Shown: positions 37,240 through 48,708, counted from the stretch's first letter. The stretch: DNA of 64,000 nt from Candidatus Levyibacteriota bacterium (GCA_029260905.1 JAJDCH010000014.1:24129-88128); one strand, 5' to 3'. Numbers and translations are program-made. The notes: generated by a model not told the origin, from the sequence alone.

Positions 37240-40125
37240 ATGGATAAAATTATAATAAAAGGTGCGCGTGAGCATAACTTAAAAAATATCAATCTTGAGA
37301 TTCCTAAAAACAAGCTTGTTGTATTAACAGGTCTTTCTGGATCTGGAAAATCTTCACTGGCTTTTGATACAGTCTATGCTGAGGGGCAAAGAAGATACGT
37401 AGAAAGTCTTTCATCTTATGCTAGGCAATTCTTGGGAACGATGAAAAAGCCTGATGTTGATTTGATTGAAGGATTGTCTCCTGCTATTTCAATTGATCAA
37501 AAATCAACTTCTCACAATCCGCGATCAACTGTTGGAACAGTAACTGAAATTTATGACTACATGAGGCTTCTTTTTGCAAGAGTCGGTCATCCACATTGTC
37601 CTGAATGTGGGCGGGAAATTGAAAGACAATCAAAAGAACAGATTGTAAATAATATATTAAAACTTACCCAAACTCACAAAGAAATGGGCAAAAAACTACT
37701 ACGGGTTCTTATCCTAGCACCAATTGTAAAAGATAGAAAAGGAGAATATACAGAACTATTTAAAGATTTACAAAAAAGAGGATATAGCAAAGTAAGAGTC
37801 GATGGAAAAATATATAATCTGACAGAGGATTTTGTGCTGATAAAAACCAATAAGCACTCAATAGATCTTGTAATCGATGCGATTGTTCTTTCGAAAGACA
37901 CAGAGCGGACAAGACTGGCAACAGATGTCGAGCAGGCGCTTAAATTTGGAGATGGCGAGATGATTATAAGCATTATAAAGGATGCCTCATTTGAAATGCC
38001 TGAAAAACCGGAAAAAATGGAAGATCAGCTGTTTTCTGAGAAATTTGCTTGTCCTGTTGATAATTTATCGCTTTCTGAAGTTGAACCAAGAATTTTTTCT
38101 TTTAACACTCCTCATGGCGCATGTCCAGAATGTTCAGGTCTTGGTCGTGTTCTTAATGTTGATCCTGAGCTTGTTTTTAATGACAATTTGACAATAAATG
38201 AAGGTGGGATAGTACCTTTTTTTAATATTGGAACAAGTGATACTTGGTTTGCAAGAACAGTAAAAAAGTTTTGTGAAGAAAATGATATTGCACTAAATAA
38301 AAGATTAAGTGAAATATCAGAAGAAAAGAAAAAGCTTCTTGTAAAAGGAACAGGCAATAAAGAATATTTTGTCGAAGGAGAAAATCGTTGGGGTCATGAA
38401 ACAGCAATAAGTGAGCCTTTTAAGGGAATTGAGGGTGAGTTGAAGAAAAAATATAATGAATCTGATTCGCAGTATATGAGATCTCAAATTGATAAATTTA
38501 TGCGTTATGAAATATGTCCAGCATGTAAAGGAGGTCGCTTAAAAAAAGAAGCTTTATCAGTAACAATCAACAATAAGTCAATTGTTGCGGTTTCAGATAT
38601 GCCAATTGAAAAAGCACTGGAATTTATAAGCGGATTAGAAAATATATTTACTAATCGCGAGCAAGAGATAGGAAAAATGATTTTAAGAGAAATAAAAGAA
38701 AGACTTTCTTTTCTTTCAAATGTTGGTTTGGAATATTTAACTCTTGCAAGAACTGCATCAACTTTGGCAGGTGGAGAAGCGCAAAGAATAAGGCTTGCAT
38801 CGCAAATCGGATCAGGCTTGACAGGGGTTCTTTACGTACTTGATGAACCATCGATTGGACTTCATCAAAGAGATAACTCTAAATTAATTGAAACTCTAAA
38901 AAAACTTCGTGATCTTGGTAATACTGTGCTTGTTGTAGAGCATGATCAGGACACAATGGAGCAATCTGATTATATATATGATTTCGGTCCAGGTGCTGGC
39001 GAGAATGGGGGCTACATAACAGCAGAAGGAACTATAGATCAAATTAAAAAAAATAAAAATTCACTTACCGGACAATATTTATCAGGAAAAAAACAAATAA
39101 AATCACAGAAATCTGAAAGCGAGCACGATCAAGGAAAATCGTTAAAACTAATTGGTGCAAAAGAACATAATCTCAAAAATATAACAGTTGAATTTCCTCT
39201 TAATATGTTAACAGTTGTAACAGGTGTTTCAGGATCAGGTAAATCAACTTTGGTTAATGATATTTTGTATCACGCGATGATGATGAAGAAAAATTCATAT
39301 CATCCACAAAAGCCAGGAGAATTTACTGAACTTGCAGGATCTGAAAATATTAGAAATGTTTTTGCAATTGACCAATCCCCAATTGGCAGAACACCAAGAA
39401 GTAATCCTGCAACTTACACTGGCGCATTCACTTATATTAGAACTCTTTTTGCAAGCACGAAAGAGGCAAAGCTGAGAGGTTATGGACCAGGAAGATTTTC
39501 GTTTAATGTAAAAGGCGGCAGATGTGAGGCGTGTGAAGGTGAGGGGCAGATAAAGATTGAAATGCAGTTCATGCCAGATGTTTATATAACGTGTGAAGTT
39601 TGTGAGGGGTCTCAATACACACACGATGCACTTGAGGTGTTGTTTAATGGAAAAAATATTGCTGATGTTCTTTCCATGAGCGTAAAAGAAGCACTTGAGT
39701 TTTTTCATTTTGTCCCCTCACTTGCACGAAAACTTGAAACCCTAAATGACGTTGGTCTTTCTTATATAAAGCTTGGACAGCCTGCTCCTACTTTATCTGG
39801 AGGTGAGGCGCAACGAGTGAAACTGGCAACCGAGTTGTCAAAAAAAGGAAGAGATGCACTATATATCCTAGATGAGCCAACAACCGGTCTCCATTTTGCA
39901 GATCTTGAAAAACTTCTTCATGTTCTTCGCAAATTAGTAGATGCAGGTAATTCAGTAATTGTGATTGAGCATAATCTAGATGTGATAAAAAACGCTGATC
40001 ATATAATTGATTTGGGGCCTGAAGGTGGTGAGAAAGGCGGACAGATTGTAGCAACAGGAACACCTCTTGAAATTGCATCACATTTAACGTCTTGGACAGG
40101 AAAATTTTTGAAAAAAGTTTTATAA
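37240..40125 (+). CDS. uvrA: Excinuclease ABC subunit A
   Basis: GAREHNLKN, two ABC modules and zinc fingers. Promoter TTGCCA-17-TATAAT at 37197-37225. Confidence 0.99.
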   Translation: MDKIIIKGAREHNLKNINLEIPKNKLVVLTGLSGSGKSSLAFDTVYAEGQRRYVESLSSYARQFLGTMKKPDVDLIEGLSPAISIDQKSTSHNPRSTVGTVTEIYDYMRLLFARVGHPHCPECGREIERQSKEQIVNNILKLTQTHKEMGKKLLRVLILAPIVKDRKGEYTELFKDLQKRGYSKVRVDGKIYNLTEDFVLIKTNKHSIDLVIDAIVLSKDTERTRLATDVEQALKFGDGEMIISIIKDASFEMPEKPEKMEDQLFSEKFACPVDNLSLSEVEPRIFSFNTPHGACPECSGLGRVLNVDPELVFNDNLTINEGGIVPFFNIGTSDTWFARTVKKFCEENDIALNKRLSEISEEKKKLLVKGTGNKEYFVEGENRWGHETAISEPFKGIEGELKKKYNESDSQYMRSQIDKFMRYEICPACKGGRLKKEALSVTINNKSIVAVSDMPIEKALEFISGLENIFTNREQEIGKMILREIKERLSFLSNVGLEYLTLARTASTLAGGEAQRIRLASQIGSGLTGVLYVLDEPSIGLHQRDNSKLIETLKKLRDLGNTVLVVEHDQDTMEQSDYIYDFGPGAGENGGYITAEGTIDQIKKNKNSLTGQYLSGKKQIKSQKSESEHDQGKSLKLIGAKEHNLKNITVEFPLNMLTVVTGVSGSGKSTLVNDILYHAMMMKKNSYHPQKPGEFTELAGSENIRNVFAIDQSPIGRTPRSNPATYTGAFTYIRTLFASTKEAKLRGYGPGRFSFNVKGGRCEACEGEGQIKIEMQFMPDVYITCEVCEGSQYTHDALEVLFNGKNIADVLSMSVKEALEFFHFVPSLARKLETLNDVGLSYIKLGQPAPTLSGGEAQRVKLATELSKKGRDALYILDEPTTGLHFADLEKLLHVLRKLVDAGNSVIVIEHNLDVIKNADHIIDLGPEGGEKGGQIVATGTPLEIASHLTSWTGKFLKKVL

Positions 40126-40167
40126 TACGAGTTACGAATTATGAATCGAGAATTAAGGAATGATAAT
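40126..40167 (+). repeat. Degenerate heptamer tandem array
   Basis: TACGAGT TACGAAT TATGAAT CGAGAAT TAAGGAA TGATAAT. Confidence 0.65.
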
Positions 40168-42024
40168 AAGAATAAATCCTTTTTTCTAGGTTTTTTATTT
40201 TTGTTTCAGAAGTTTACAGTTTTTTTATTAACCTTTTTTTTATTAATTTTTTTAAATACCTCAAAAATCAGTGCCTCAAGTAATTTTATAACTGATTACA
40301 ATGTTACTTATACTGTGCTTGACTCAGGTATTACGAAAGCAAATTTTAAAATATCTCTTACAAATAAAACATCTGATTTTTATGCTTCTTCCTATAATGT
40401 CCAACTTGGATTTGAAGACATGAAAAATGTGCGTGTCACTGATCCTAAAGGAACGATCACACCAGTTGTAACTAAGGTTGAAAATGGACACATTCTAGAC
40501 CTTAGCTTTAATGAAAAATCAATTGGTAAAGACTCAAAAATGATTTTTGATATTTATTTTGAAACACCTGAAATTGCTGCAAAAATTGGAAAAATTTGGG
40601 AAATTAATGTACCCGGTGTTAGCGAAGTGTCTGAATTTAACAGTTTTAACGTAGAAATAATAGTACCTGATGAATTTGGAAGCCCGACTTATGTCAAGCC
40701 TGTCAAAAGTGACAATGATCTTAAATTTTCAAAAGAAGAACTTGGAAAATCAGGAATATCATTAGGATTTGGCAAAAAACAAATTTACAATTTTGATCTT
40801 TTGTATCATCTAAAAAATACAAATCTTTATCCAATTGATACAGAAATAGCAATTCCCATGACTACCAACTACCAAACAGTTTATATATCAAATATCGATC
40901 CAGAGCCAATAGATGTTGATATTGATAAAGACGGAAATTGGCTTGCAAAATATAAAATGCTTCCATCTGAAAGAAAAAATGTTCGTGTAAAAGGAGCAGT
41001 TGAAATAAGTCTTGCTCCCAAAGAAGTTCTACTTTCAAATTCAGAAAAAAAACTTTATACAAGACCGACTTTAAATTGGCAAACAGAAAATCCTGAGATC
41101 AAAAAAAATGCAGCTAATCTTAAAACACCAAGGGCAATTTATGATTATGTAATAAGCTCTCTTAATTATGATTTTAAAAGAGTAGAAAAACAGCTTCCCA
41201 GGCTTGGCGCTGCGCAGGCATTGGCTAAATCAGACTCAGCAGTTTGTCGCGAGTTCACAGATCTTTTTGTGGCTATTGCAAGATCAGCCGGTATTCCAGC
41301 ACGGGAAGTGAATGGATATGCATATACACAAAATTCCAAGCAGCGTCCCCTCTCGCTTATTCAGGACATACTTCATGCATGGCCTGAGTATTACGACTAT
41401 GATAAAAAAACTTGGGTTATGATTGATCCAACATGGGGAAATACAACTGGCGGTGTTGATTATTTTGAAGTTTTGGATTTTGATCATTTTGCATTTGCAA
41501 TAAAGGGTATTCAAGATGATTATCCTGTGCCTGCTGGTGGTTATAAATTTGAAGACAACAAAGACAAAAAAGATGTAAGCATTTCTTTTGATGGAAATAT
41601 ACCTGAGGTTATTCAAAGCATTGATGTGGATACTAATTTTAAGGATCCAATTTTTACCGTTCTTCCCATAAGGGGAAGGTTAGTTTTCATAAATACGGGT
41701 TCAGTTTTGATAGATAGTCAGGAGATAGTTGTTGTTTCAGAAGATTTGAATCCATCAGAACAAAAAATTAAAATAAATTCAATTCCACCATTTGGAAAAG
41801 AAGAAATTGAGATAAGTTTTAATTCTATTTTTTCATTTTCAAAAAAAGATGCGAGGATATCTATCTTAATAGCAGGTGTTGAAATATATAAACAAATAAA
41901 AATTATTCCTTTTTACCAAAATATTTGGGGAGTAGGAGGTGTTTTTGGTGGAATATTTACGGTCGGGTTACTCATCTTTGCCAGAAAAGCCTGGGGTTTA
42001 CATATTTTTGGACGAAAAAAATAA
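40141..42024 (+). CDS. Exported transglutaminase-like domain protein with C-terminal TM
   Basis: Cys-His-Asp triad in VCREF, HAWPE and DPTW. Confidence 0.85.
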   Translation: MNRELRNDNKNKSFFLGFLFLFQKFTVFLLTFFLLIFLNTSKISASSNFITDYNVTYTVLDSGITKANFKISLTNKTSDFYASSYNVQLGFEDMKNVRVTDPKGTITPVVTKVENGHILDLSFNEKSIGKDSKMIFDIYFETPEIAAKIGKIWEINVPGVSEVSEFNSFNVEIIVPDEFGSPTYVKPVKSDNDLKFSKEELGKSGISLGFGKKQIYNFDLLYHLKNTNLYPIDTEIAIPMTTNYQTVYISNIDPEPIDVDIDKDGNWLAKYKMLPSERKNVRVKGAVEISLAPKEVLLSNSEKKLYTRPTLNWQTENPEIKKNAANLKTPRAIYDYVISSLNYDFKRVEKQLPRLGAAQALAKSDSAVCREFTDLFVAIARSAGIPAREVNGYAYTQNSKQRPLSLIQDILHAWPEYYDYDKKTWVMIDPTWGNTTGGVDYFEVLDFDHFAFAIKGIQDDYPVPAGGYKFEDNKDKKDVSISFDGNIPEVIQSIDVDTNFKDPIFTVLPIRGRLVFINTGSVLIDSQEIVVVSEDLNPSEQKIKINSIPPFGKEEIEISFNSIFSFSKKDARISILIAGVEIYKQIKIIPFYQNIWGVGGVFGGIFTVGLLIFARKAWGLHIFGRKK

Positions 42025-43234
42025 AGTTCTCTATGTTGGTAAGGCAATAAATTTAAAATCTCGTGTCTCTTCATATTTTGCAAAATCAGGGCTTGGTGAA
42101 AAAACAAAATTAATGGTTTCAAAGATCAACAGGATAAGAATCATAACTGTTGAATCAGAGCTTGAAGCGCTTCTTCTTGAAGCTTTTTACATTAAAAAAT
42201 ACAAAGCTCGTTACAATGTAAAGCTAGCAGATGGAAAAGCTTATGTTCTTATCAAAATAAATCTAAAAGATAAATACCCTGCTGTTCTTATCTCAAGAAA
42301 AAAAGATGATCTTGATTCAGTTTATTTTGGTCCTTATCCTAACTCAAGTGCTGTAAGAACAGTTCTAAGAGTAATTAGGAAAGCATTTCCCTATCAGTCG
42401 GTTCTCAATCATCCAAAAAAAACTTGTCTTTATAACCATATTGGTCTTTGTCCCTGTCCTAATGTTTATGACTCACCTGTACTACAAAAAGAATACAAAA
42501 AAAATATCAAAAACATCATCAGAATTCTTGAAGGAAAATCTAAAAAAATACTGATTGAGCTTGAAAAAAAAAGAGACAAGCGTAGTGAGACTGAAAATTA
42601 TGAAGTTGCTCTTGAGCTTCAAAGGAAAATTAACGCCTTAAAAGTAATTACAGAGCCTTTTTTAAGACCTCATGAGTATGATTTAAATCCAAACCTTAGA
42701 CAAGACATAAGAGCAAAAGAATTAGCTGAACTTATCGAAATATTAAATGATAGCAAACTGAAAATTAAGAAATTAGATAGGATTGAGTGCTATGATATTT
42801 CAAACATTCAGGGAACAAATGCAACAGGCTCGCTTGTTGTTTTGACAAAAGGTGAAATCGATAAATCTCAATATAGAAAGTTTAAAATAAAAAGAAAAAA
42901 TACGCCAAATGATTTTGCGATGATGGAGGAGGTCCTGAGACGCAGATTCAATCGTACTGATTGGGAGATTCCTAATTTAATTGTGGTTGATGGTGGAAAA
43001 GGTCAAGTTACATCAGCGCTTAAAGCACTTGTTGCTAGTAATGTTAATATCCCGATTGTTGGTCTTGCAAAAAGAGAAGAAACAATTATTATTCCAATCA
43101 GAAAAAACTTCAAAGAAATTTTATTACCAAAAAATAGTAAAGCACTGCATTTAATTATGCGAATCAGAGATGAAGCTCATAGATTTGCAATCACTTATCA
43201 TAAGCATTTAAGAAGTAAGCAGTTTCTTAAATAA
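41948..43234 (+). CDS. uvrC: Excinuclease ABC subunit C (short form, no C-terminal HhH)
   Basis: PGVYIF..YVGKA GIY-YIG, RIECYDISN, DGGKGQ and RDEAHRFA motifs. GTG 41948 lies 7 nt after AGGAGGT. Confidence 0.93.
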   Translation: MEYLRSGYSSLPEKPGVYIFLDEKNKVLYVGKAINLKSRVSSYFAKSGLGEKTKLMVSKINRIRIITVESELEALLLEAFYIKKYKARYNVKLADGKAYVLIKINLKDKYPAVLISRKKDDLDSVYFGPYPNSSAVRTVLRVIRKAFPYQSVLNHPKKTCLYNHIGLCPCPNVYDSPVLQKEYKKNIKNIIRILEGKSKKILIELEKKRDKRSETENYEVALELQRKINALKVITEPFLRPHEYDLNPNLRQDIRAKELAELIEILNDSKLKIKKLDRIECYDISNIQGTNATGSLVVLTKGEIDKSQYRKFKIKRKNTPNDFAMMEEVLRRRFNRTDWEIPNLIVVDGGKGQVTSALKALVASNVNIPIVGLAKREETIIIPIRKNFKEILLPKNSKALHLIMRIRDEAHRFAITYHKHLRSKQFLK

Positions 43235-43237
43235 TGC

Positions 43238-44590
43238 TTATCCTCTCTTAATCTCGTATTCGTAAGGAAAATAGAGAAATGATGCTGGGACATCTTCCCA
43301 AAGGTAACGTTGAAAGTCAGTATAAACACTACGTCTTTCATTTTGATTTGCTGTTTTTCTTCCATCTTCAAGAAGTTTATCAATTCTTAGATTTTTGTAT
43401 TTTGTAATATTGTTGATTTGTCCTGAATGCCAAAGGGTATATTGATCAGGGTCTTTTGGAAGATTAAAATCCCCTAGAAATATTTGAAAACTTGTTGGTA
43501 CCTGATCTACTTCTTCAATTTTTGTTATCACACCTGCTTTTTTCCAGTATTCACTTATTTTTTCAGCGAGATTTTTATATTTTGGTAAAGTTTTGAGATT
43601 TACTGTTCTTGCAGAACCCGACGCGCTTGAGTCTTCAAGTAAAAGCATCGCATGTTCGAAATCTTGAATACGGCCTGTTATTTCCTGATTATAAAAATGT
43701 GATGTTTTTGGATATGATTGGTAAACTCTTTCACCATTTTCAAACTTATTTGGCAACGAATAATCGAGTGCAAGTCTTACTTTTTTATCCGACAAAACAG
43801 GATCAGAGGTATTGTAAAAAACGGTAATTAGTTTGGAGTTATTAATCTTTGTTGTCACATCTGTTCTTGAAAAGTCAGAAAAGTTATATTCTTTAAATGT
43901 TGAATTAGTAAGGCCTTTTGCTGTGTCTATTTCGCCTAAGAGATAGGCCATTTTCAATGCTTCATCAGATGGATAAAATTGATATCTAATTACATTAAAT
44001 CTATTTTTTGAGCTGGAGACTTGAATTGATTGTACGAAATTTCCGTTTAAATCAACATCATCGATTGAATATTCTCCAACTCCGACATAACCATTTTTAA
44101 AAATTGGACTTGAGACAGTTGAAAGAAAGGGCGCGTATGAATTTTTTAGTTTAAATACCAGCGTATCCATATCTGGTTTTTCAACTGCGACATCAGTAAA
44201 ATTATAGTTTATATCATTTGAATTAAGAATCTTACCATCAGTAAACTTAATGTCTTTTTTGAGTGTAAAAATGTAAGTTTTTCCATCGTCTTTGACAATC
44301 CATTTTTCAGCAACATCTGGTTTTATTGTTCCATCTTCCTCTATTTTTGTTAACCCTCGACCAATTTTGCTCATAACAATTGGTGGAAGATGATTTACGT
44401 CATAAGCCCCAACCATTCCTATCGTCTCTTTCTTGCTAACAGGAATTATTTTCGTTAAAGTGGATGAACCAAAATATAATCCTGAAAATATAAAAAGACC
44501 TGCAAGAAAGGAGAATAAAATAATTTTTTTAGACTTTTTAAGATATGCCTTAAGAAGCCAAAAAATCAGTCTTTTTCTAAATATAATCAT
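43238..44590 (-). CDS. Family 5 ABC solute-binding protein (OppA-like)
   Basis: PDVAEKW....DGKTYIFTL...F.DG, VR.AL and DPDQY..WHS motifs. Confidence 0.85.
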   Translation of the reverse strand: MIIFRKRLIFWLLKAYLKKSKKIILFSFLAGLFIFSGLYFGSSTLTKIIPVSKKETIGMVGAYDVNHLPPIVMSKIGRGLTKIEEDGTIKPDVAEKWIVKDDGKTYIFTLKKDIKFTDGKILNSNDINYNFTDVAVEKPDMDTLVFKLKNSYAPFLSTVSSPIFKNGYVGVGEYSIDDVDLNGNFVQSIQVSSSKNRFNVIRYQFYPSDEALKMAYLLGEIDTAKGLTNSTFKEYNFSDFSRTDVTTKINNSKLITVFYNTSDPVLSDKKVRLALDYSLPNKFENGERVYQSYPKTSHFYNQEITGRIQDFEHAMLLLEDSSASGSARTVNLKTLPKYKNLAEKISEYWKKAGVITKIEEVDQVPTSFQIFLGDFNLPKDPDQYTLWHSGQINNITKYKNLRIDKLLEDGRKTANQNERRSVYTDFQRYLWEDVPASFLYFPYEYEIKRG

Positions 44591-44608
44591 ATTTTCCTAA
44601 TTCTCATT

Positions 44609-44833
44609 TTAGCTTTGAGGAAATAGAAGTATAAGTGAGATGCCAACTAATAAAGCTGCAAGCACAATTGTCGCAACAACAAAAAATTTTTCAACATTTC
44701 TTTTGCTCCTGTAGGACTCTCCACCCCCACCAAATACAGCAGACATTCCCTCTTCAGGAACTTGAAGAAGAATAACTGCTATTAAAAGTACAGACACAAT
44801 TATTTGAAATATATTAAGTACAGTCGTGAACAT
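44609..44833 (-). CDS. secG: Preprotein translocase subunit SecG
   Basis: ILLQ...G....FGG loop between two TM helices. Confidence 0.9.
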   Translation of the reverse strand: MFTTVLNIFQIIVSVLLIAVILLQVPEEGMSAVFGGGGESYRSKRNVEKFFVVATIVLAALLVGISLILLFPQS

Positions 44834-44912
44834 ATCAAACAGCTTTAATTATATAGCTATTAAGGCTGGTATGCAAGTTTATAAAAAAAATGCCATATGC
44901 TATAATCATCAG

Positions 44913-45965
44913 ATGAAAACGCACAATTTAAGGATTAAATACATCCGTCCACTCATTCCTCCTACAATTCTCGTAGAAGAGCTTCCTCTATCAGAAAAAG
45001 GGTCAATTCTTATTTCTAATTCGAGAAAAACCTTAACCAATATTTTGGATAAAAAAGATGACCGATTGATTGCAGTTGTTGGCCCGTGTTCAATCCATGA
45101 TCCTATTGCTGCAATTGATTATGCAAAAAGACTAAAAAAGCTTTCCATAGAATTAGAAAAAGAACTTTTTATAGTGATGAGGGTCTATTTTGAGAAGCCT
45201 AGAACGACTATTGGCTGGAAAGGGCTTATCAATGATCCAGATCTTGACAATAATTTTGATATAAATAAAGGACTTCATGTTGCCAGAAAGTTGCTTCTGG
45301 ACATAACTGAAATAGGTCTGCCAGCAGGTTGTGAATTTCTTGATCCTATTACCCCTCAATTCATCGCTGATGTTGTTTCATGGGGTGCAATTGGTGCAAG
45401 AACAGCTGAGAGTCAAGTTCACCGTAATTTAACATCAGGTCTTTCTATGCCTGTAGGTATAAAAAACGGGACAGGTGGAAACGTAAACATGGCAATTGAT
45501 GCCATGCTTGCTGCGAAACACCCACATATTTTTTTAAGCGTAACAGAGCAAGGAATTGCAGCAATTGTCAAAACTCAGGGAAATAAGGATACTCATATAA
45601 TTCTTCGAGGAAGCGATAAAGGACCAAATTATGATAAAGAACATATAGAAAAAACAACTAAATTATTAGAAAAAACAAAGCTTCCAATACGCATTATGGT
45701 TGATACTAGTCATGGAAATAGCGGCAAGGATTACAAAAAACAACCAGATGCAGTTCATGCAGTTTCTAAGCAGATCGCTGCTGGAAATACAGATATTATT
45801 GGGGTATTGACAGAAAGTTTTATTGAAAATGGAAATCAAAGCGTTGGAACCAAAGAAGCAAGGATATATGGAAAAAGTGTAACTGATGCTTGCATGGGGT
45901 GGGAAATGACTGTTCCCTTGTTGCGTGAGTTTGCAAAAGCGGTTAAATCAAGAAGAACTAAGTAA
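44913..45965 (+). CDS. DAHP synthase, class I-alpha (AroF/AroG-like)
   Basis: GPCSIHD, RVYFEKPRTT.GWKG, GARTAESQVHR, SHGNS and KSVTDAC motifs. Start ATG 44913. Confidence 0.95.
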   Translation: MKTHNLRIKYIRPLIPPTILVEELPLSEKGSILISNSRKTLTNILDKKDDRLIAVVGPCSIHDPIAAIDYAKRLKKLSIELEKELFIVMRVYFEKPRTTIGWKGLINDPDLDNNFDINKGLHVARKLLLDITEIGLPAGCEFLDPITPQFIADVVSWGAIGARTAESQVHRNLTSGLSMPVGIKNGTGGNVNMAIDAMLAAKHPHIFLSVTEQGIAAIVKTQGNKDTHIILRGSDKGPNYDKEHIEKTTKLLEKTKLPIRIMVDTSHGNSGKDYKKQPDAVHAVSKQIAAGNTDIIGVLTESFIENGNQSVGTKEARIYGKSVTDACMGWEMTVPLLREFAKAVKSRRTK

Positions 45966-45977
45966 AACCAAATAAAC

Positions 45978-46907
45978 TTAGCTGATAGAAATTTTTGTGT
46001 TCCAGTGAGAGTAATCAGAACTTTTTCCTCTTACAATTTCAAAATAAATCTTTTGCAATTTCTTAGTGATTTCACCTATTTTACCGCTGCCGATTGTTCT
46101 TTTATCAATTTTTTCAACCCAAGCTATTTGACATCCAGTTCCTGACAAAAAAACTTCATCAGCTATATATAGTTCGCTTTTCTCTACGGGTCTTTCAAGA
46201 GTTTTTATACCAAGGTTTTCGCATATTTTAAGAATTGATCTTCTGGTAATGCCTTCAAGTACGCCCTCAGAAAGACTTGGTGTAATTAATGTTTTATTTC
46301 TAATAATAAATAAATTTTCAGCTGATCCTTCTGCAACACGACCGTATCTGTTAAGCATAATTGCTTCGTCAAATCCCCCATCTGTTGCCTCTTTTCTGGC
46401 AAGTGCTGAATTAACATAGCTTCCAGATATTTTGCCACGAGATGGAATAGCATTATCGCTAATTCTCTCCCAAGATGAGACAACAAGACTAAGTCCTTTG
46501 TCAACTGGTAAATAGTCGCCGAGTGGAATCATGTAGAGTGCAAAATCAAGCGTAGTATTGGCAAGATTTGGTCCAAGCTCTGTATGCCCAACATATGCAA
46601 ATGGCCTTAGGTAAAAATTTGTATTTGGTTTATTCTTTTTAATCAAATCCGTTGTTATTTTTTTCAATTCTCCATGGGAGTATGGAAATTTACAGCCTAA
46701 AATGTTTGCTGAAGAAAGAAAACGGTTGTAGTGATCATCAAACCTGAAAATAAATGCTGCATTTTGATCTTTGTCAAAATAGCCTCGTATCCCGCCAAAA
46801 AAGGCTGTACCATATTGCAATGCATTAGTCATGATTGAAACTTTTGCATCAACAACTGGAATAGTTTTTCCCTGAAAAAAAGAATATTGATAAAATTTTG
46901 TTTTCAT
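45978..46907 (-). CDS. ilvE: Branched-chain amino acid aminotransferase
   Basis: LQYG..FGG, K..G.Y, EGSAEN.F, LEGITR and DEVFLSGT motifs. Confidence 0.95.
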   Translation of the reverse strand: MKTKFYQYSFFQGKTIPVVDAKVSIMTNALQYGTAFFGGIRGYFDKDQNAAFIFRFDDHYNRFLSSANILGCKFPYSHGELKKITTDLIKKNKPNTNFYLRPFAYVGHTELGPNLANTTLDFALYMIPLGDYLPVDKGLSLVVSSWERISDNAIPSRGKISGSYVNSALARKEATDGGFDEAIMLNRYGRVAEGSAENLFIIRNKTLITPSLSEGVLEGITRRSILKICENLGIKTLERPVEKSELYIADEVFLSGTGCQIAWVEKIDKRTIGSGKIGEITKKLQKIYFEIVRGKSSDYSHWNTKISIS

Positions 46908-46920
46908 AAATTAAAGTTTA

Positions 46921-48708
46921 TCATGCCCAACCTGCACCATCAACTGCTGGTTTTGCAAATTTCCTCATTCTTAAAAGTATTCTGTTTGAAACTTTTTTTA
47001 CATTTGGATGAACTCCTTTATTTTTTTTAACTTCTTTTTTCCATGTGTTTAGTCTTTTTTCAAAAATTTGCTTATCAAATAATTGAGTGCAGTTTATGCT
47101 GTTTTTGTTGGTGTCAACAACTATATCATCTCCATCCTTAATTAAAGCAATCGGGCCTCCAAGATAAGCCTCAGGCCCAACATGTCCAATTACCAATCCA
47201 ACTGAGCCTCCAGAAAATCTAGCATCAGTCATAAGCGCAATTGTAATATTTTTTTTTCTGCAAAGAGATGTAATTCTCGAAGTCGGCTCAAGCAATTCGG
47301 GCATACCTGGGGCTCCTTGAGGTCCGGCGTATCGAATAACAACCATATCTTTGTCTAGAAATATCTCAGGTGTTTTTGATAGTGCATCTAAAAGTTCTTT
47401 TTCGCTATCAAAAACACGAGCCTTACCCTTAAATATACCATTTTCAAGTCCTTTTTCTACTCCAGCAACCTTTATAATTGCCCCACCCTTTGGTGCAAGA
47501 GATCCAGAAAGAAATTTAAGTCCACCTTTTGTTTTAAATGGTTTTTTGACTGAATAAATTACATCTCCATCAGGTTTTGGCGGATTAATACGTCTTACTT
47601 GTTCCATAAGTGTTTCACCAGTACAAGTTGTACAGTCTCCATCAAGAAAACCATTTTCCAGCAATTCTTTAACAATAACAGGGAGTCCTCCCTTTTTTTC
47701 TATGTCAACCATTGAATATTTTCCAAAAGGCCTTGCATTTATAAGAACTGGAAGTTTTTCTGAAAGTGAATTAAATTCTTCCTGTGTTATTACATCCCTC
47801 CAAAGATCAATTCCAGCAGCTCTTGCTATTTCAACGCTATGAAGCGCGACATTTGTTGATCCACCCATGGCAATTACTACAGTTAATGCGTTTTTCAGTG
47901 ATTTTGAAGTAACTATATCACGTGGTTTAATATCTTTTTTTACCATTGTGATAAGTGCTTTTATCAGTTCTTGCGGAAATTCACTTACTCTTCGGGGATC
48001 ATCTGATGTAGGCGTAACCATGTTTAGGGGCTCCATACCAGCAACTGCGATAAATGTCTGCATAGTGTTGTAAGTAAACATGCCACCGCAACTTCCCTGA
48101 CCACAACATGCATTCATGGCTATTTTGTTTCTTTTCTGTGCATCTTTTTCTCCTGCAGCTTGAAAAGCAGTAACAATATCAATCCTCTCTCCAGTTTCTT
48201 GATCAATTCCAGGTTTTATTGAACCATCAGAAAAAATAACTGCAGGTTCATTGTGTTCAAGAATGGCAGCAAGAGTTCCAACAGGTGGCTTGTCACAGGC
48301 AACAACTGAAATAAGACCTCTGAGCTTATTTGCGTTCAAATGAAGACTAATAGAATCATTCGTTATTTCTCGTCCAATTAGGGAATATCTCATTCTTTCA
48401 GTTCCATTCAACTGACCATCAGAAACGCCTATTGTAAATGCTGGTGCGATAAGTCGAATGTTCAAATTTTCATTATTTATCTTTGCACCAAGAAGTTTTT
48501 GGATAGTCTGAACCTTTTCAGTAACGCCCAGATAGCACTGACTATCCCCTAGGCTTCCAGTTACAGCAAAAACTGGGTCATGAACTTTTGTTGGATCCTG
48601 ACCCAGAAATTTTGCAGTACCAATCTGCTGGACATCACGTCCAGGATTATCAGATACAAAGTTTGAAGATTTTTTGTCTCCACAATTACAATCAATGCAC
48701 TTGTTCAT
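46921..48708 (-). CDS. ilvD: Dihydroxy-acid dehydratase (divergent IlvD/Edd family member)
   Basis: SDG, CDK, CGGMFT.NTM, GGSTN, GMPE and TDARFSG motifs. Confidence 0.88.
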   Translation of the reverse strand: MNKCIDCNCGDKKSSNFVSDNPGRDVQQIGTAKFLGQDPTKVHDPVFAVTGSLGDSQCYLGVTEKVQTIQKLLGAKINNENLNIRLIAPAFTIGVSDGQLNGTERMRYSLIGREITNDSISLHLNANKLRGLISVVACDKPPVGTLAAILEHNEPAVIFSDGSIKPGIDQETGERIDIVTAFQAAGEKDAQKRNKIAMNACCGQGSCGGMFTYNTMQTFIAVAGMEPLNMVTPTSDDPRRVSEFPQELIKALITMVKKDIKPRDIVTSKSLKNALTVVIAMGGSTNVALHSVEIARAAGIDLWRDVITQEEFNSLSEKLPVLINARPFGKYSMVDIEKKGGLPVIVKELLENGFLDGDCTTCTGETLMEQVRRINPPKPDGDVIYSVKKPFKTKGGLKFLSGSLAPKGGAIIKVAGVEKGLENGIFKGKARVFDSEKELLDALSKTPEIFLDKDMVVIRYAGPQGAPGMPELLEPTSRITSLCRKKNITIALMTDARFSGGSVGLVIGHVGPEAYLGGPIALIKDGDDIVVDTNKNSINCTQLFDKQIFEKRLNTWKKEVKKNKGVHPNVKKVSNRILLRMRKFAKPAVDGAGWA

